This document shows, piece after piece, positions 20,935 to 28,664 of a stretch of DNA of 64,000 nt. The DNA comes from Thermoanaerobaculia bacterium. GTDB lineage: Bacteria; Acidobacteriota; Thermoanaerobaculia; Gp7-AA8. The notes beneath the pieces are model-generated. The model worked only from the letters and a program-made list of their open reading frames with translations, was not told the DNA's origin and made no database searches. The position numbers were made by a program, and so were the translations under genes. How positions within the stretch are numbered: the first letter of the stretch is position 1; the number at the start of each line of letters is the position of its first letter. Where the stretch lies: assembly GCA_036522835.1 (NCBI GenBank), contig DATDFB010000034.1, forward strand, positions 4,383 to 68,382. Direction: 5' to 3'.

Positions 20935-22360
20935 GCACCATGGCCACGCCGCGCTCGTTCGCCGCGGCGATCACCTCGGCGTCGCGTACGGAGCCGCCGG
21001 GCTGGATGACGGCGCGGACGCCGGCGTCGGCGAGGATGTCGAGGCCGTCGCGGAAGGGGAAGAAGGCGTCGGACGCGGCGTAGGCGCCGGCGGTCGGCCG
21101 CGTCGCCTTCGTCACGGCGAGCTTGGCGGCGTCGACGCGGCTCATCTGCCCGGCGCCGATGCCGATCGACTGCGCCTCGCTCGTGATCACGATGGCGTTC
21201 GACTTCACGTGCGCGCAGACGATCCAGGCGAACTCGAGGCCCCGAAGCTCTTCCTTGCTCGGCTGACGCTCAGTGACGACGCGCCAATTCTCGCGCGGGC
21301 CGATGCGGTCGACGCTCTGCTCGAGAATGCCGCCGGCGGCGGAGCGAAGCTCGACGTCGTTTTGCGGCGGCGGCGCCTCGATCAAACGCAAGTTTTTCTT
21401 CTTCGCCAGAATCGCCCGCGCGCCTTCGCTGAATGACGGCGCGACGATGACTTCGAGAAAGAGCGTCTCGATGACGCGCGCGGCGTCGTCGTCGAACTCG
21501 CGGTTCGCGCCGACGATGCCGCCGTAGGCCGACACGGGGTCGGCCTCCACCGCCGCCCGCAGCGCTTCGGCGTAGGTCTCGCGCCGCGCCACGCCGCACG
21601 GGTTCGTGTGCTTGATCACCGCGGCGGCCGGCTCGCGGAACGCATGGGCAAGACGCATGGCCGCATCGAGGTCGAGGAGGTTGTTGTACGACAGCTCCTT
21701 CCCCTGCAGCTGCGTGAACGAGCCGCCGTGGAACGTCGCCGACTGCTGCGGGTTCTCGCCGTAACGCAACGTCATCCCTCCGCCGGAGAGGAACCGCGCG
21801 ATCGCGGCGTCGTAGCGCGAGGTCTTCTCGAACACGGCCACGGCGCAGCGGCGGCGGAAGTCGTCGGAAATCGCGCCGCTCTCGAATTCGCGCAGGAAGC
21901 CGGCGTAGAGCGACGGATCGGGGAGCGGCAGGACGTGCTTGTGGTTCTTCGCCGCGGCGCGGAGCATCGACGGGCCGCCAATGTCGATCTGCTCGATCGC
22001 CTCGTCGACCGTAACGCCTTCGCGCGCGATCGTTGCCTCGAACGGGTAGAGGTTGACGACGACGAGGTCGATCGGCGGAATCGACAGGCGCTCGACGTCG
22101 CCGCGATGCGCGTCGTTGTCGCGGTCATAGAGAATCGCCCCGAAGACGCGCGGGGTGAGCGTCTTCACGCGTCCGCCGAGGATCTCGGGCGCGCCCGACC
22201 ACGCCGCGATCGGCGTCACGGCGACGCCGTTGGCGGCGAGGTGTTTGGCCGTACCGCCGGTGGAGAGGATCTCCACGCCGCGCGCGTGGAGGGCGCGGGC
22301 GAGCTCGATGATGCCGGTCTTGTCGGAGACGGAGAGGATCGCGCGCTCAATGTTTCGCAT
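20906..22360 (-). CDS. purH: bifunctional AICAR formyltransferase / IMP cyclohydrolase
   Basis: Full-length match to the PurH pattern ([35 protein letters not shown]..; C-terminal AICARFT domain). Confidence 0.95.
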   Translation of the reverse strand: MRNIERAILSVSDKTGIIELARALHARGVEILSTGGTAKHLAANGVAVTPIAAWSGAPEILGGRVKTLTPRVFGAILYDRDNDAHRGDVERLSIPPIDLVVVNLYPFEATIAREGVTVDEAIEQIDIGGPSMLRAAAKNHKHVLPLPDPSLYAGFLREFESGAISDDFRRRCAVAVFEKTSRYDAAIARFLSGGGMTLRYGENPQQSATFHGGSFTQLQGKELSYNNLLDLDAAMRLAHAFREPAAAVIKHTNPCGVARRETYAEALRAAVEADPVSAYGGIVGANREFDDDAARVIETLFLEVIVAPSFSEGARAILAKKKNLRLIEAPPPQNDVELRSAAGGILEQSVDRIGPRENWRVVTERQPSKEELRGLEFAWIVCAHVKSNAIVITSEAQSIGIGAGQMSRVDAAKLAVTKATRPTAGAYAASDAFFPFRDGLDILADAGVRAVIQPGGSVRDAEVIAAANERGVAMVLTGERHFRH

Positions 22361-22982
22361 TCGGAACGACGCCGCCGGCCTCCCGCCAGATGTAGGTGAA
22401 GAGATTCGCCGTGTCGGTGACAGCGTGGGAGTAGCAGACGGAGGCGACGCCGAACGCGGTGGAATGATCGTCGAACGTCGCCGACGTCCCGCGCGTGTAC
22501 TCCTCGGTGACCAGCGGCGTCAGCTTGGCCGTGCGTGCCAGGATGCGGTCGACGAACATGCCGAGGCGGAGCTGCGGCTCGGCGCCGTAGAAGACGGTGG
22601 GGAACTTGGCGATGCGCATCTCGAAAAAGTGCGCGTAGTCGGCGTCGCGGTAGGGATTGTTGGCATCGGCGATGAGATGGGCGAGGAGGCCGAGGTGCTC
22701 GGCGACGTCGCTCATCGGCTGGTTGGCCTTGAGCATGGCGATGGCGGTGTGCGTCTCCTTTTCGATGCGCTCCCGCAGCACGCCGTGCTGCCCCTCCTCG
22801 GCCACGGCTTTCTCCACGCCGCGCGCGTAGTCGCGGTGAAAGTCTTGGATGACGACGTAGAGGTCGGGCGGGGAGAGCTTTGCGCCGGCCGAGGCGATCT
22901 GGCGGTCGGCGGCGAGCGTCCAGGCGTGCGCGTTGAATGGGAGGAGAGCGAGAATCAGCAGCAGTCGCTTCACGTCTCGCAT
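22347..22982 (-). CDS. secreted hypothetical protein (His/Asp-rich, possible Zn-dependent phospholipase C / P1-nuclease-like fold)
   Basis: Signal peptide MRDVKRLLLILALLPFNAHA. Motif assignment is weak. Confidence 0.4.
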   Translation of the reverse strand: MRDVKRLLLILALLPFNAHAWTLAADRQIASAGAKLSPPDLYVVIQDFHRDYARGVEKAVAEEGQHGVLRERIEKETHTAIAMLKANQPMSDVAEHLGLLAHLIADANNPYRDADYAHFFEMRIAKFPTVFYGAEPQLRLGMFVDRILARTAKLTPLVTEEYTRGTSATFDDHSTAFGVASVCYSHAVTDTANLFTYIWREAGGVVPNAKH

Positions 22983-22987
22983 CGTAC

Positions 22988-23632
22988 ATGAATTTCGATG
23001 AGCATCTGGCCGCGCTCGCCGCGTGCCGCCTCTGCCCGAACGTGCTCGGCGCGCCGGTCATCGGCGCCGTCGCCGGCGCGACGGTGATGCTCGTCGGGCA
23101 GGCGCCGGGACCGCGCGAGATGGAGCAGCGCCGCCCCTTCGCCTTCACCGCCGGCCGGCGCATGTTCGCCTGGTTCGAGCGCCTCGGCGTGAGCGAAGAG
23201 GAGTTCCGCGCGAGCGTGCACATGTGCGCGGTGATCCGCTGCTTTCCGGGACGCGATCCGAAGGCGGGCGGCGACCGCGTGCCGTCACCCGAGGAGATCG
23301 CAAACTGCGCCGGACACCTCGACCGCGAGATCGCGCTGCTCGCCCCGAAGCTGGTGATCGCGGTGGGGACGCTCGCGGCGGCGGCGCTGGGTGTCACCCC
23401 GAGCGTGAGCGAGGGGGCCCCTCGCTTCGCTCGGGGTGACACCAAGCTCAAGGACGTCGTCGGCCGCGTTCACCGCGTCAAGCGCGCCGGCAAGGCGTTC
23501 GACGTGGTCGTCCTACCGCATCCCTCGGGACGCTCGACGTGGACGAACAAGCCGGAGAATGCCGCCCTGCTGCAGCGGTCGCTCGAGCTGATCGGCGCGC
23601 ACGCGGCGTGGCGGAAGACGTTTCAGAAATGA
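22988..23632 (+). CDS. uracil-DNA glycosylase, family 4/5
   Basis: LCPNVLGAPVIGAVAG..MLVGQAPG..HPSGRS motifs. Carries an in-frame 55-bp palindrome at 23390-23444. Confidence 0.8.
   Translation: MNFDEHLAALAACRLCPNVLGAPVIGAVAGATVMLVGQAPGPREMEQRRPFAFTAGRRMFAWFERLGVSEEEFRASVHMCAVIRCFPGRDPKAGGDRVPSPEEIANCAGHLDREIALLAPKLVIAVGTLAAAALGVTPSVSEGAPRFARGDTKLKDVVGRVHRVKRAGKAFDVVVLPHPSGRSTWTNKPENAALLQRSLELIGAHAAWRKTFQK
23390..23444. repeat. 55-bp nested palindrome inside the UDG CDS
   Basis: GGTGTCACCCCGAGCG-TGAGCGAGGGG-GCC-CCCTCGCTTC-GCTCGGGGTGACACC. Encodes LGVTPSVSEGAPRFARGDT in-frame. Confidence 0.8.
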
Positions 23633-23791
23633 TCACTTCGTCGGCTCGTCCGACGCCTTCTGCTCGTCGAGCAACTTCTGCAGCTCGCGGCGCAACCGCA
23701 CCGACTTCCGCACCGTCCAGATGTTGTACGCCGTCCAGGCGATGATCAGGACGAAGGAGACGGCGAGGAAGACGATGGCGCCGCCGTCCAT
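23633..23791 (-). CDS. small membrane protein (52 aa)
   Basis: MDGGAIVFLAVSFVLIIAWTAYNIWTVRKSVRLRRELQKLLDEQKASDEPTK. Below the ORF-track cutoff. Directly abuts the downstream gene (operon). Confidence 0.35.
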   Translation of the reverse strand: MDGGAIVFLAVSFVLIIAWTAYNIWTVRKSVRLRRELQKLLDEQKASDEPTK

Positions 23792-24274
23792 CTATTTCTT
23801 CCGTGAATTCCAGGCCATGCTCGGCGCGAACGCCTCGGGTTTCCCGGCCGGGGCGATGTCGACCTTCGCGGCCAGCACGCCGTTCGCGCCTAGGGTGTAG
23901 GTGAGGCGGGCGCGGTTCACTCCGGGCATGGCGTCGCTCGTCAGCACGATCGTGTTCTTCGCCGGCGCCGTCACCTCGTAGCCGACGACGTAGCCGCTGC
24001 TGTCGTAGTACGCGGCGCGCAGGTGATCGCCGTACGGAAAGATCACCAGCAGGTCTTCGTGCTTCATGGGCTTGCCGCCGGCGCCCGGGATCGTCGCCCA
24101 GCTTTTGCGGAGGATGACGTGATTGTCGAGCGCGCGCTCGAACGTGGCCGCGCCGCTGCCGCTGTCGGCGTTCCAGGTGCCGAGGAGGAAGGCGAGGCGG
24201 TTGAGATCGGGCGCGGCGGCGTGAATGGGGAGGGCGGCGAACAGGAGCAGACCGAGGAGCATCCGTCGAGTCAT
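23792..24274 (-). CDS. secreted hypothetical protein
   Basis: Signal peptide MTRRMLLGLLLFAALPIHAAAP. 4-bp overlap with ltaE-like gene. Confidence 0.5.
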   Translation of the reverse strand: MTRRMLLGLLLFAALPIHAAAPDLNRLAFLLGTWNADSGSGAATFERALDNHVILRKSWATIPGAGGKPMKHEDLLVIFPYGDHLRAAYYDSSGYVVGYEVTAPAKNTIVLTSDAMPGVNRARLTYTLGANGVLAAKVDIAPAGKPEAFAPSMAWNSRKK

Positions 24275-25302
24275 TGGGCACCTCCTCCGACAATCTTAGC
24301 CGCGAACGCATCGACATCCGCTTCCGTTGTGGCCCAGCCGGTCACGAGGCGATAGACGTCGTCGCCTAGGATTGGCCAGGCCGCGAATTGGAATCCATCC
24401 TCTTGCAAAGCATCGGCGAGCGCCGGCGCGAAGCGGACGAAGACGATGTTCGCGTCGACGCGGCGGACGATCTCGACGGGCGGCGCGATTCGATCGGCGA
24501 GACGCGCGGCCATGAGGTTCGCGTGGCGCGCGTGGCGCAGCCAGAGGCCGTCGGTCAGGTATGCCTCGAGCTGCGCGGAGAAGAAGCGCATCTTCGACGG
24601 ACGATGGCCGCCGCGGTGGATGCGGATCGACAGCTCCTCGGCGAGCTCCTTGCGAAACAGGACGATGAGGTCGGCCGACATGGCGCCGTTCTTCGTCGCG
24701 CCGAAGGCGAGGGCGTCGACGCCGGCGCGCCACGACATCTCCGCCGGCGAGGCGCCGCTCGCGGCGACGGCGTTGGCGAAGCGCGCGCCGTCCATCTGCA
24801 CGCGGAGATTCGCCGATCTGGCAAGCTCGCCCAGGGCTTGCAGCTCCGCGACGGAGTAGACCGTGCCGGCTTCCGTCGCGTTCGTGATGCTGAGGCACGC
24901 CGGCACGGCCACGTCGCTCTTGCGCATCGACGCCAGCGCCTCGGCGACCGCGCCCGGAACGAGCTTGCCGTCCGCGCCGTCGATCGGCACGAGCTTCGCG
25001 CCGTTGCTGAAGAACGTGACGGCACCGAGCTCTTCGCGCTCGATGTGCGCGTTCGCGTGACAGAACACCGCGCCCCACGGCGCCGTCAGCGCGGCGACGG
25101 AGAGGGCGTTGCCGGCGATGCCGCTGAGGATCGGGAAGACTTCGACGTCGGTCTCGAAGATCTCGCAGCACTGCCGGCGCACGCGCGCGGTGATGTCGTC
25201 GCCGCCGTACGAGCTCATCGAGCCGGCGTTCGCGCGCACGACCGCGTCGAGGATCTCCGGCGCGGCGGGCAAAACGTTGTCGGAACGAAAGTCTTGTGTC
25301 AC
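24271..25302 (-). CDS. ltaE: low-specificity L-threonine aldolase (PLP-dependent, beta-eliminating lyase family)
   Basis: MTQDFRSDNV..; Beta_elim_lyase-like pattern including the ..GGHRPSKMRF.. region. GTG start at 25302. Confidence 0.8.
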   Translation of the reverse strand: MTQDFRSDNVLPAAPEILDAVVRANAGSMSSYGGDDITARVRRQCCEIFETDVEVFPILSGIAGNALSVAALTAPWGAVFCHANAHIEREELGAVTFFSNGAKLVPIDGADGKLVPGAVAEALASMRKSDVAVPACLSITNATEAGTVYSVAELQALGELARSANLRVQMDGARFANAVAASGASPAEMSWRAGVDALAFGATKNGAMSADLIVLFRKELAEELSIRIHRGGHRPSKMRFFSAQLEAYLTDGLWLRHARHANLMAARLADRIAPPVEIVRRVDANIVFVRFAPALADALQEDGFQFAAWPILGDDVYRLVTGWATTEADVDAFAAKIVGGGAQ

Positions 25303-25326
25303 GCGCGCTTCATACCACGCCGCACC

Positions 25327-25403
25327 GAGTCCTGAGTCCTGGTCCTGGGTCCTGAGTGTTGCGGCAACTCAGGACTCAGGACGCAGGACCCAGGACCCAG
25401 GAC
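25327..25403. repeat. hairpin built from tandem heptamers (unit GAGTCCT / GGTCCTG), copy H2, in the divergent promoter region
   Basis: GAGTCCT GAGTCCT GGTCCT GGGTCCT GAGT - GTTGCGGCAAC - ACTCAGG ACTCAGG ACGCAGG ACCCAGG ACCCAGG. Confidence 0.85.
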
Positions 25404-25424
25404 TTGTACAATGCCGCGTCCTTC

Positions 25425-27425
25425 ATGTGCGGCGTGATCGGCTTCATCAGCGAAGCGCACCGCGATGACCTCGGCGTCGTCGCCGCGGAGCTCCTCAAGA
25501 CCCTCGAGTACCGCGGCTACGACTCCACCGGCGCGGCCGTGCAGGACTCCGGCGAATCGATCATCCTGCGCAAGGGCGTCGGCGCGCCGTCGGTGATGGT
25601 CGAGACGCTCGGCATCACCGCGCTGGCCGGGTCGATCCTTTGCGGCCAGGTGCGCTGGGCGACGTTCGGTTCGGTCGACGACCTCAACGCGCAGCCGCAC
25701 GAAGTCCGCTGCAAGACGCACATCTACGGCGCGCACAACGGCAACGTGACGAACTGCGACGACCTCAAGACATGGCTGACGGCGGAGGGACACGACGTCG
25801 TCTCCGATAACGACGGCGAGATGCTCGTGCACACGGTCGAGCACGAGCTCGCCGCCGCGTTGCGCGACGACGGCGGCGACCGCCGCGCCGCGATGCGCCG
25901 CGCGATCGTGAAGGCAGGCACGCGGCTGAAGGGCTCGTACGCCGCCGTGGTGGTCGATCCGGTCTCGCGCACGGTGTGGGCGATCAAGCAGGGCTCGAGC
26001 CTCTACTTCGGCCTCGGCGACGATTTCGCCATCGCCTCGTCGGATCTCTCCTCGGTGCTGAAGCTGACGCAGCTCCTCGTGCCGATGTCCGAGGGCGAGT
26101 TCGCCGAGTACACGGCGGCGGCGCACGCGCTCTACCGCGTGCGCGACGGCGCGCCGGTCGAGCGCGCGCCGGTGCGCAGCACGCTGCAGGCGAAGGACGC
26201 GGAGCTCTTGCCGCAGTTCCGCACGTTCATGGAGCAGGAGATCGACGCGCAGGACGAGACGTGCCGGCGCATCGCCGCGCTGTTCGACGCGGGAAGCGAG
26301 TTTCTGGCGTCGGCCGACGCGGTGCTCGACGCTTTCCGCCATGCGCTCGCGCACAACGGCCGCGTCTTTTTCGTCTGCTGCGGCAGCTCGTATCACGCCG
26401 CACTCGCCGGCGCGGTCTTTTTCAACGAGCTCGCGCATGCGGAGATCGTCCCGGTGCTGCCGGGCGACTTCCGCGGCCGCTTCGCCGCGTCGCTGCGCCC
26501 GACCGACGTCGTCGTCGCGGTGAGCCAAAGCGGCGAGACGAAGGATCTGATCGACGTGATGAATCACGTCATCGCCACAGGACTCCCGATCCGCCGCATC
26601 GGCATCGTCAACAACGTCTCGTCGACGCTGGGGCAGGAGAAGTGCGACACGGTGCTGCCGCTGCGCTGCGGCCTGGAGATTGCGGTGCCGGCGACGAAGA
26701 GCTACATCAATCAACTGGCGATGATGTATGGCCTCGCGGCGCGCCTCGGCGGAGGCGCGGGCGCGCTCTCCGCGCTGCCGGCGCTGATCCGCGAGACGTT
26801 GACGACGACCACGGATGCCGTCGACGACGCCGCGCGCCTGCTCTATCTCAAGCCGAGCATGCACATCCTCGCCACGCGTCTCCTCGCCGTGGCGAAGGAG
26901 GGGGCGCTGAAGATCCGCGAGGTGGTGCTCAACCACACCGAGGGCTACGAGGCCTCGGAGTTCAAGCACGGCCCGAACACGATCCTCGGCGTGAACACGG
27001 TCTTCGGCATCGAGGCGGTGCTGCGCTACGCCGAGTCGCGCGACTTCGCCAGCCTGTACGAAGACTATCCGCTGATCTTCGTCACCGGCCCCGACGCCAC
27101 CGACGTCGACCTGACGGTCTCGCAGATCAACACGCACAAGATCCGCGGCGCAACGTGCGTGATGATTGCCGAGGAGAACGCGGCGCTGCGGCAGGCGATC
27201 GCGAAGCCGCCGGCGGGCAATCCGTCGTATCAATCGGCATACATCGTCCTGCCGGCCACCGGCGACAACCTGATGACCGTGTTCACCGCGACGGTGGTCC
27301 TGCAGCGCCTGGCACTGCGGATGTCGGAGATGAAGGCGGAGTTCCTTGACGGCCTCGGCCTCGAGGACCACGGCGTGCACCCGGACGTGCCGAAGAACGT
27401 GAGCAAGTCGATCACGGTCGACTGA
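25425..27425 (+). CDS. glutamine-fructose-6-phosphate aminotransferase (isomerizing)-like protein (class-II GATase + 2 SIS domains)
   Basis: MCGVIGFIS N-terminal nucleophile; SIS motifs (CGSSYHAALAG, SQSGETKD). 666 aa. Confidence 0.7.
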   Translation: MCGVIGFISEAHRDDLGVVAAELLKTLEYRGYDSTGAAVQDSGESIILRKGVGAPSVMVETLGITALAGSILCGQVRWATFGSVDDLNAQPHEVRCKTHIYGAHNGNVTNCDDLKTWLTAEGHDVVSDNDGEMLVHTVEHELAAALRDDGGDRRAAMRRAIVKAGTRLKGSYAAVVVDPVSRTVWAIKQGSSLYFGLGDDFAIASSDLSSVLKLTQLLVPMSEGEFAEYTAAAHALYRVRDGAPVERAPVRSTLQAKDAELLPQFRTFMEQEIDAQDETCRRIAALFDAGSEFLASADAVLDAFRHALAHNGRVFFVCCGSSYHAALAGAVFFNELAHAEIVPVLPGDFRGRFAASLRPTDVVVAVSQSGETKDLIDVMNHVIATGLPIRRIGIVNNVSSTLGQEKCDTVLPLRCGLEIAVPATKSYINQLAMMYGLAARLGGGAGALSALPALIRETLTTTTDAVDDAARLLYLKPSMHILATRLLAVAKEGALKIREVVLNHTEGYEASEFKHGPNTILGVNTVFGIEAVLRYAESRDFASLYEDYPLIFVTGPDATDVDLTVSQINTHKIRGATCVMIAEENAALRQAIAKPPAGNPSYQSAYIVLPATGDNLMTVFTATVVLQRLALRMSEMKAEFLDGLGLEDHGVHPDVPKNVSKSITVD

Positions 27426-27470
27426 AGCGGCATTTCGGTTGCAATTCCTTCCATCGAAAGGAGCTCTTCG

Positions 27471-27653
27471 ATGGCAGGCAAACGGGAGCTGATCGAGCCG
27501 CACAGCGGCGACAAACGCTACGTACGGCGGGACGCGCAGGGACGTTTCAGCGAGGTCGACGACGTCGGCCGCTCGCTGACGCAGGACCGGCGGCGCCACG
27601 CGAAGACATCGTCGAAGCCGGGCTACGGCGACCGCGGCGACCGCAAGCGGTAA
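27471..27653 (+). CDS. small basic disordered protein (stress-protein-like)
   Basis: AAAGGAG RBS 7 nt upstream. MAGKRELIEPHSGDKRYVRRDAQGRFSEVDDVGRSL... Confidence 0.4.
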   Translation: MAGKRELIEPHSGDKRYVRRDAQGRFSEVDDVGRSLTQDRRRHAKTSSKPGYGDRGDRKR

Positions 27654-27701
27654 CGGTTTTCTTTTCGACGATCGCGTGTCTCATCCAGCCAGGAGGCTGC
27701 G

Positions 27702-28421
27702 ATGAGAAAGAGTTTGATGACGGCAATGGCGCTCGCGCTCGTCTGCGCGAGCGCCTCCGCGTCGATGGAGGTGCTGGTCGAGGGCGCCCCCGTCCGCGAA
27801 TACCACCACAACGGCACGGTCTACATCGAGGCGCTGCGCGGACGCGACTTCTCGATCCGCCTGTCGAATCCGACACCGTACCGCGTCGCGGTGGCGCTGT
27901 CGGTCGACGGCCTGAATACGATCGACGCGCGCCACACCAGCGCCTGGAGCGCGCGCAAGTGGGTGCTCGACCCGTGGGAGTCGACGGTGATCTCCGGCTG
28001 GCAGGTCGACATGGGCACGGCGCGCCGCTTTTTCTTCACCGGCGAGCGCAACTCCTACGGCGCCGCGCTCGGCCAGACGCAGAACCTCGGCGTGATCGAA
28101 GCGGTGTTCTACCGCGAGCGGCCGCGCCGCCGCGACGCGAAGGTGGCGCCGCCGTCCCCGCCGGCGAGCGGGTCGGCCGCCGCGCCGAGGGAGATGGAGT
28201 CGAACAAGGGGATGGCGGACGAGTACGCGGCCACCGGCATGGGCGAGCGCGACCGCCACGAAGTCGAAGCCGTCGACATCGATCTCGACTCGACGCCCAT
28301 CGCCTCCGCGCGCGTCCGCTACGAGTTCCGCCCGCAGCTCGTGAGGTTGGGCGTGCTGCTGGAGCCGTCGCCGCTCGAGCGCCGGGAGGGGGCGCGGGGG
28401 TTCTGTCCGGAGCCGCGGTGA
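27702..28421 (+). CDS. secreted hypothetical protein
   Basis: CAGGAGG RBS; signal peptide MRKSLMTAMALALVCASASA. Confidence 0.5.
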   Translation: MRKSLMTAMALALVCASASASMEVLVEGAPVREYHHNGTVYIEALRGRDFSIRLSNPTPYRVAVALSVDGLNTIDARHTSAWSARKWVLDPWESTVISGWQVDMGTARRFFFTGERNSYGAALGQTQNLGVIEAVFYRERPRRRDAKVAPPSPPASGSAAAPREMESNKGMADEYAATGMGERDRHEVEAVDIDLDSTPIASARVRYEFRPQLVRLGVLLEPSPLERREGARGFCPEPR

Positions 28422-28423
28422 TG

Positions 28424-28480
28424 TGGAGTGCGCCGGCCATGCCGGCGCTGTGAGTGCGGCGGCATGGCCGCCGCACTCCA
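28424..28480. repeat. 57-bp nested palindromic element TGGAGTGCGSCGGCCATGCCGSCGCT-GTGAG-AGCGGCGGCATGGCCGCCGCACTCCA (family A, copy 1)
   Basis: Perfect 26-bp arms, each itself hairpin-forming around CCATGG/GCATGC. Full copies also at 46982-47038, 51860-51916 and 62465-62521. Half-copies at 34945-34958, 41435-41463 and 55734-55759. Confidence 0.9.
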
Positions 28481-28626
28481 TAATGCCGCGTCTGCGGCTC
28501 CGAGCTTCGCGCGATTCAGACGAATCTGCCGTTCGAGACCTCCGAGCGCACGATCGTGATCGTCAAAGACGCGTGGAGGAGATGCGCGCGCGCGCTCGAA
28601 ATAGTTCCCTTCGCCGCGTAAATGGC

Positions 28627-28658
28627 GTGGAGGACAGGCAAGAGTGCCTGTCCTCCAC
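28627..28658. repeat. GGACAGGC-core hairpin, copy 3 (14-bp perfect stem)
   Basis: GTGGAGGACAGGCA-AGAG-TGCCTGTCCTCCAC. Confidence 0.85.
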
Positions 28659-28664
28659 TGAGCG

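Noticed and set aside
25300-25425. glmS ribozyme or other riboswitch upstream of the GlmS-like gene
   Set aside because: The 5' region is occupied by the heptamer hairpin H2 and lacks the glmS ribozyme core. That ribozyme is in any case typical of Firmicutes, not high-GC Gram-negatives.
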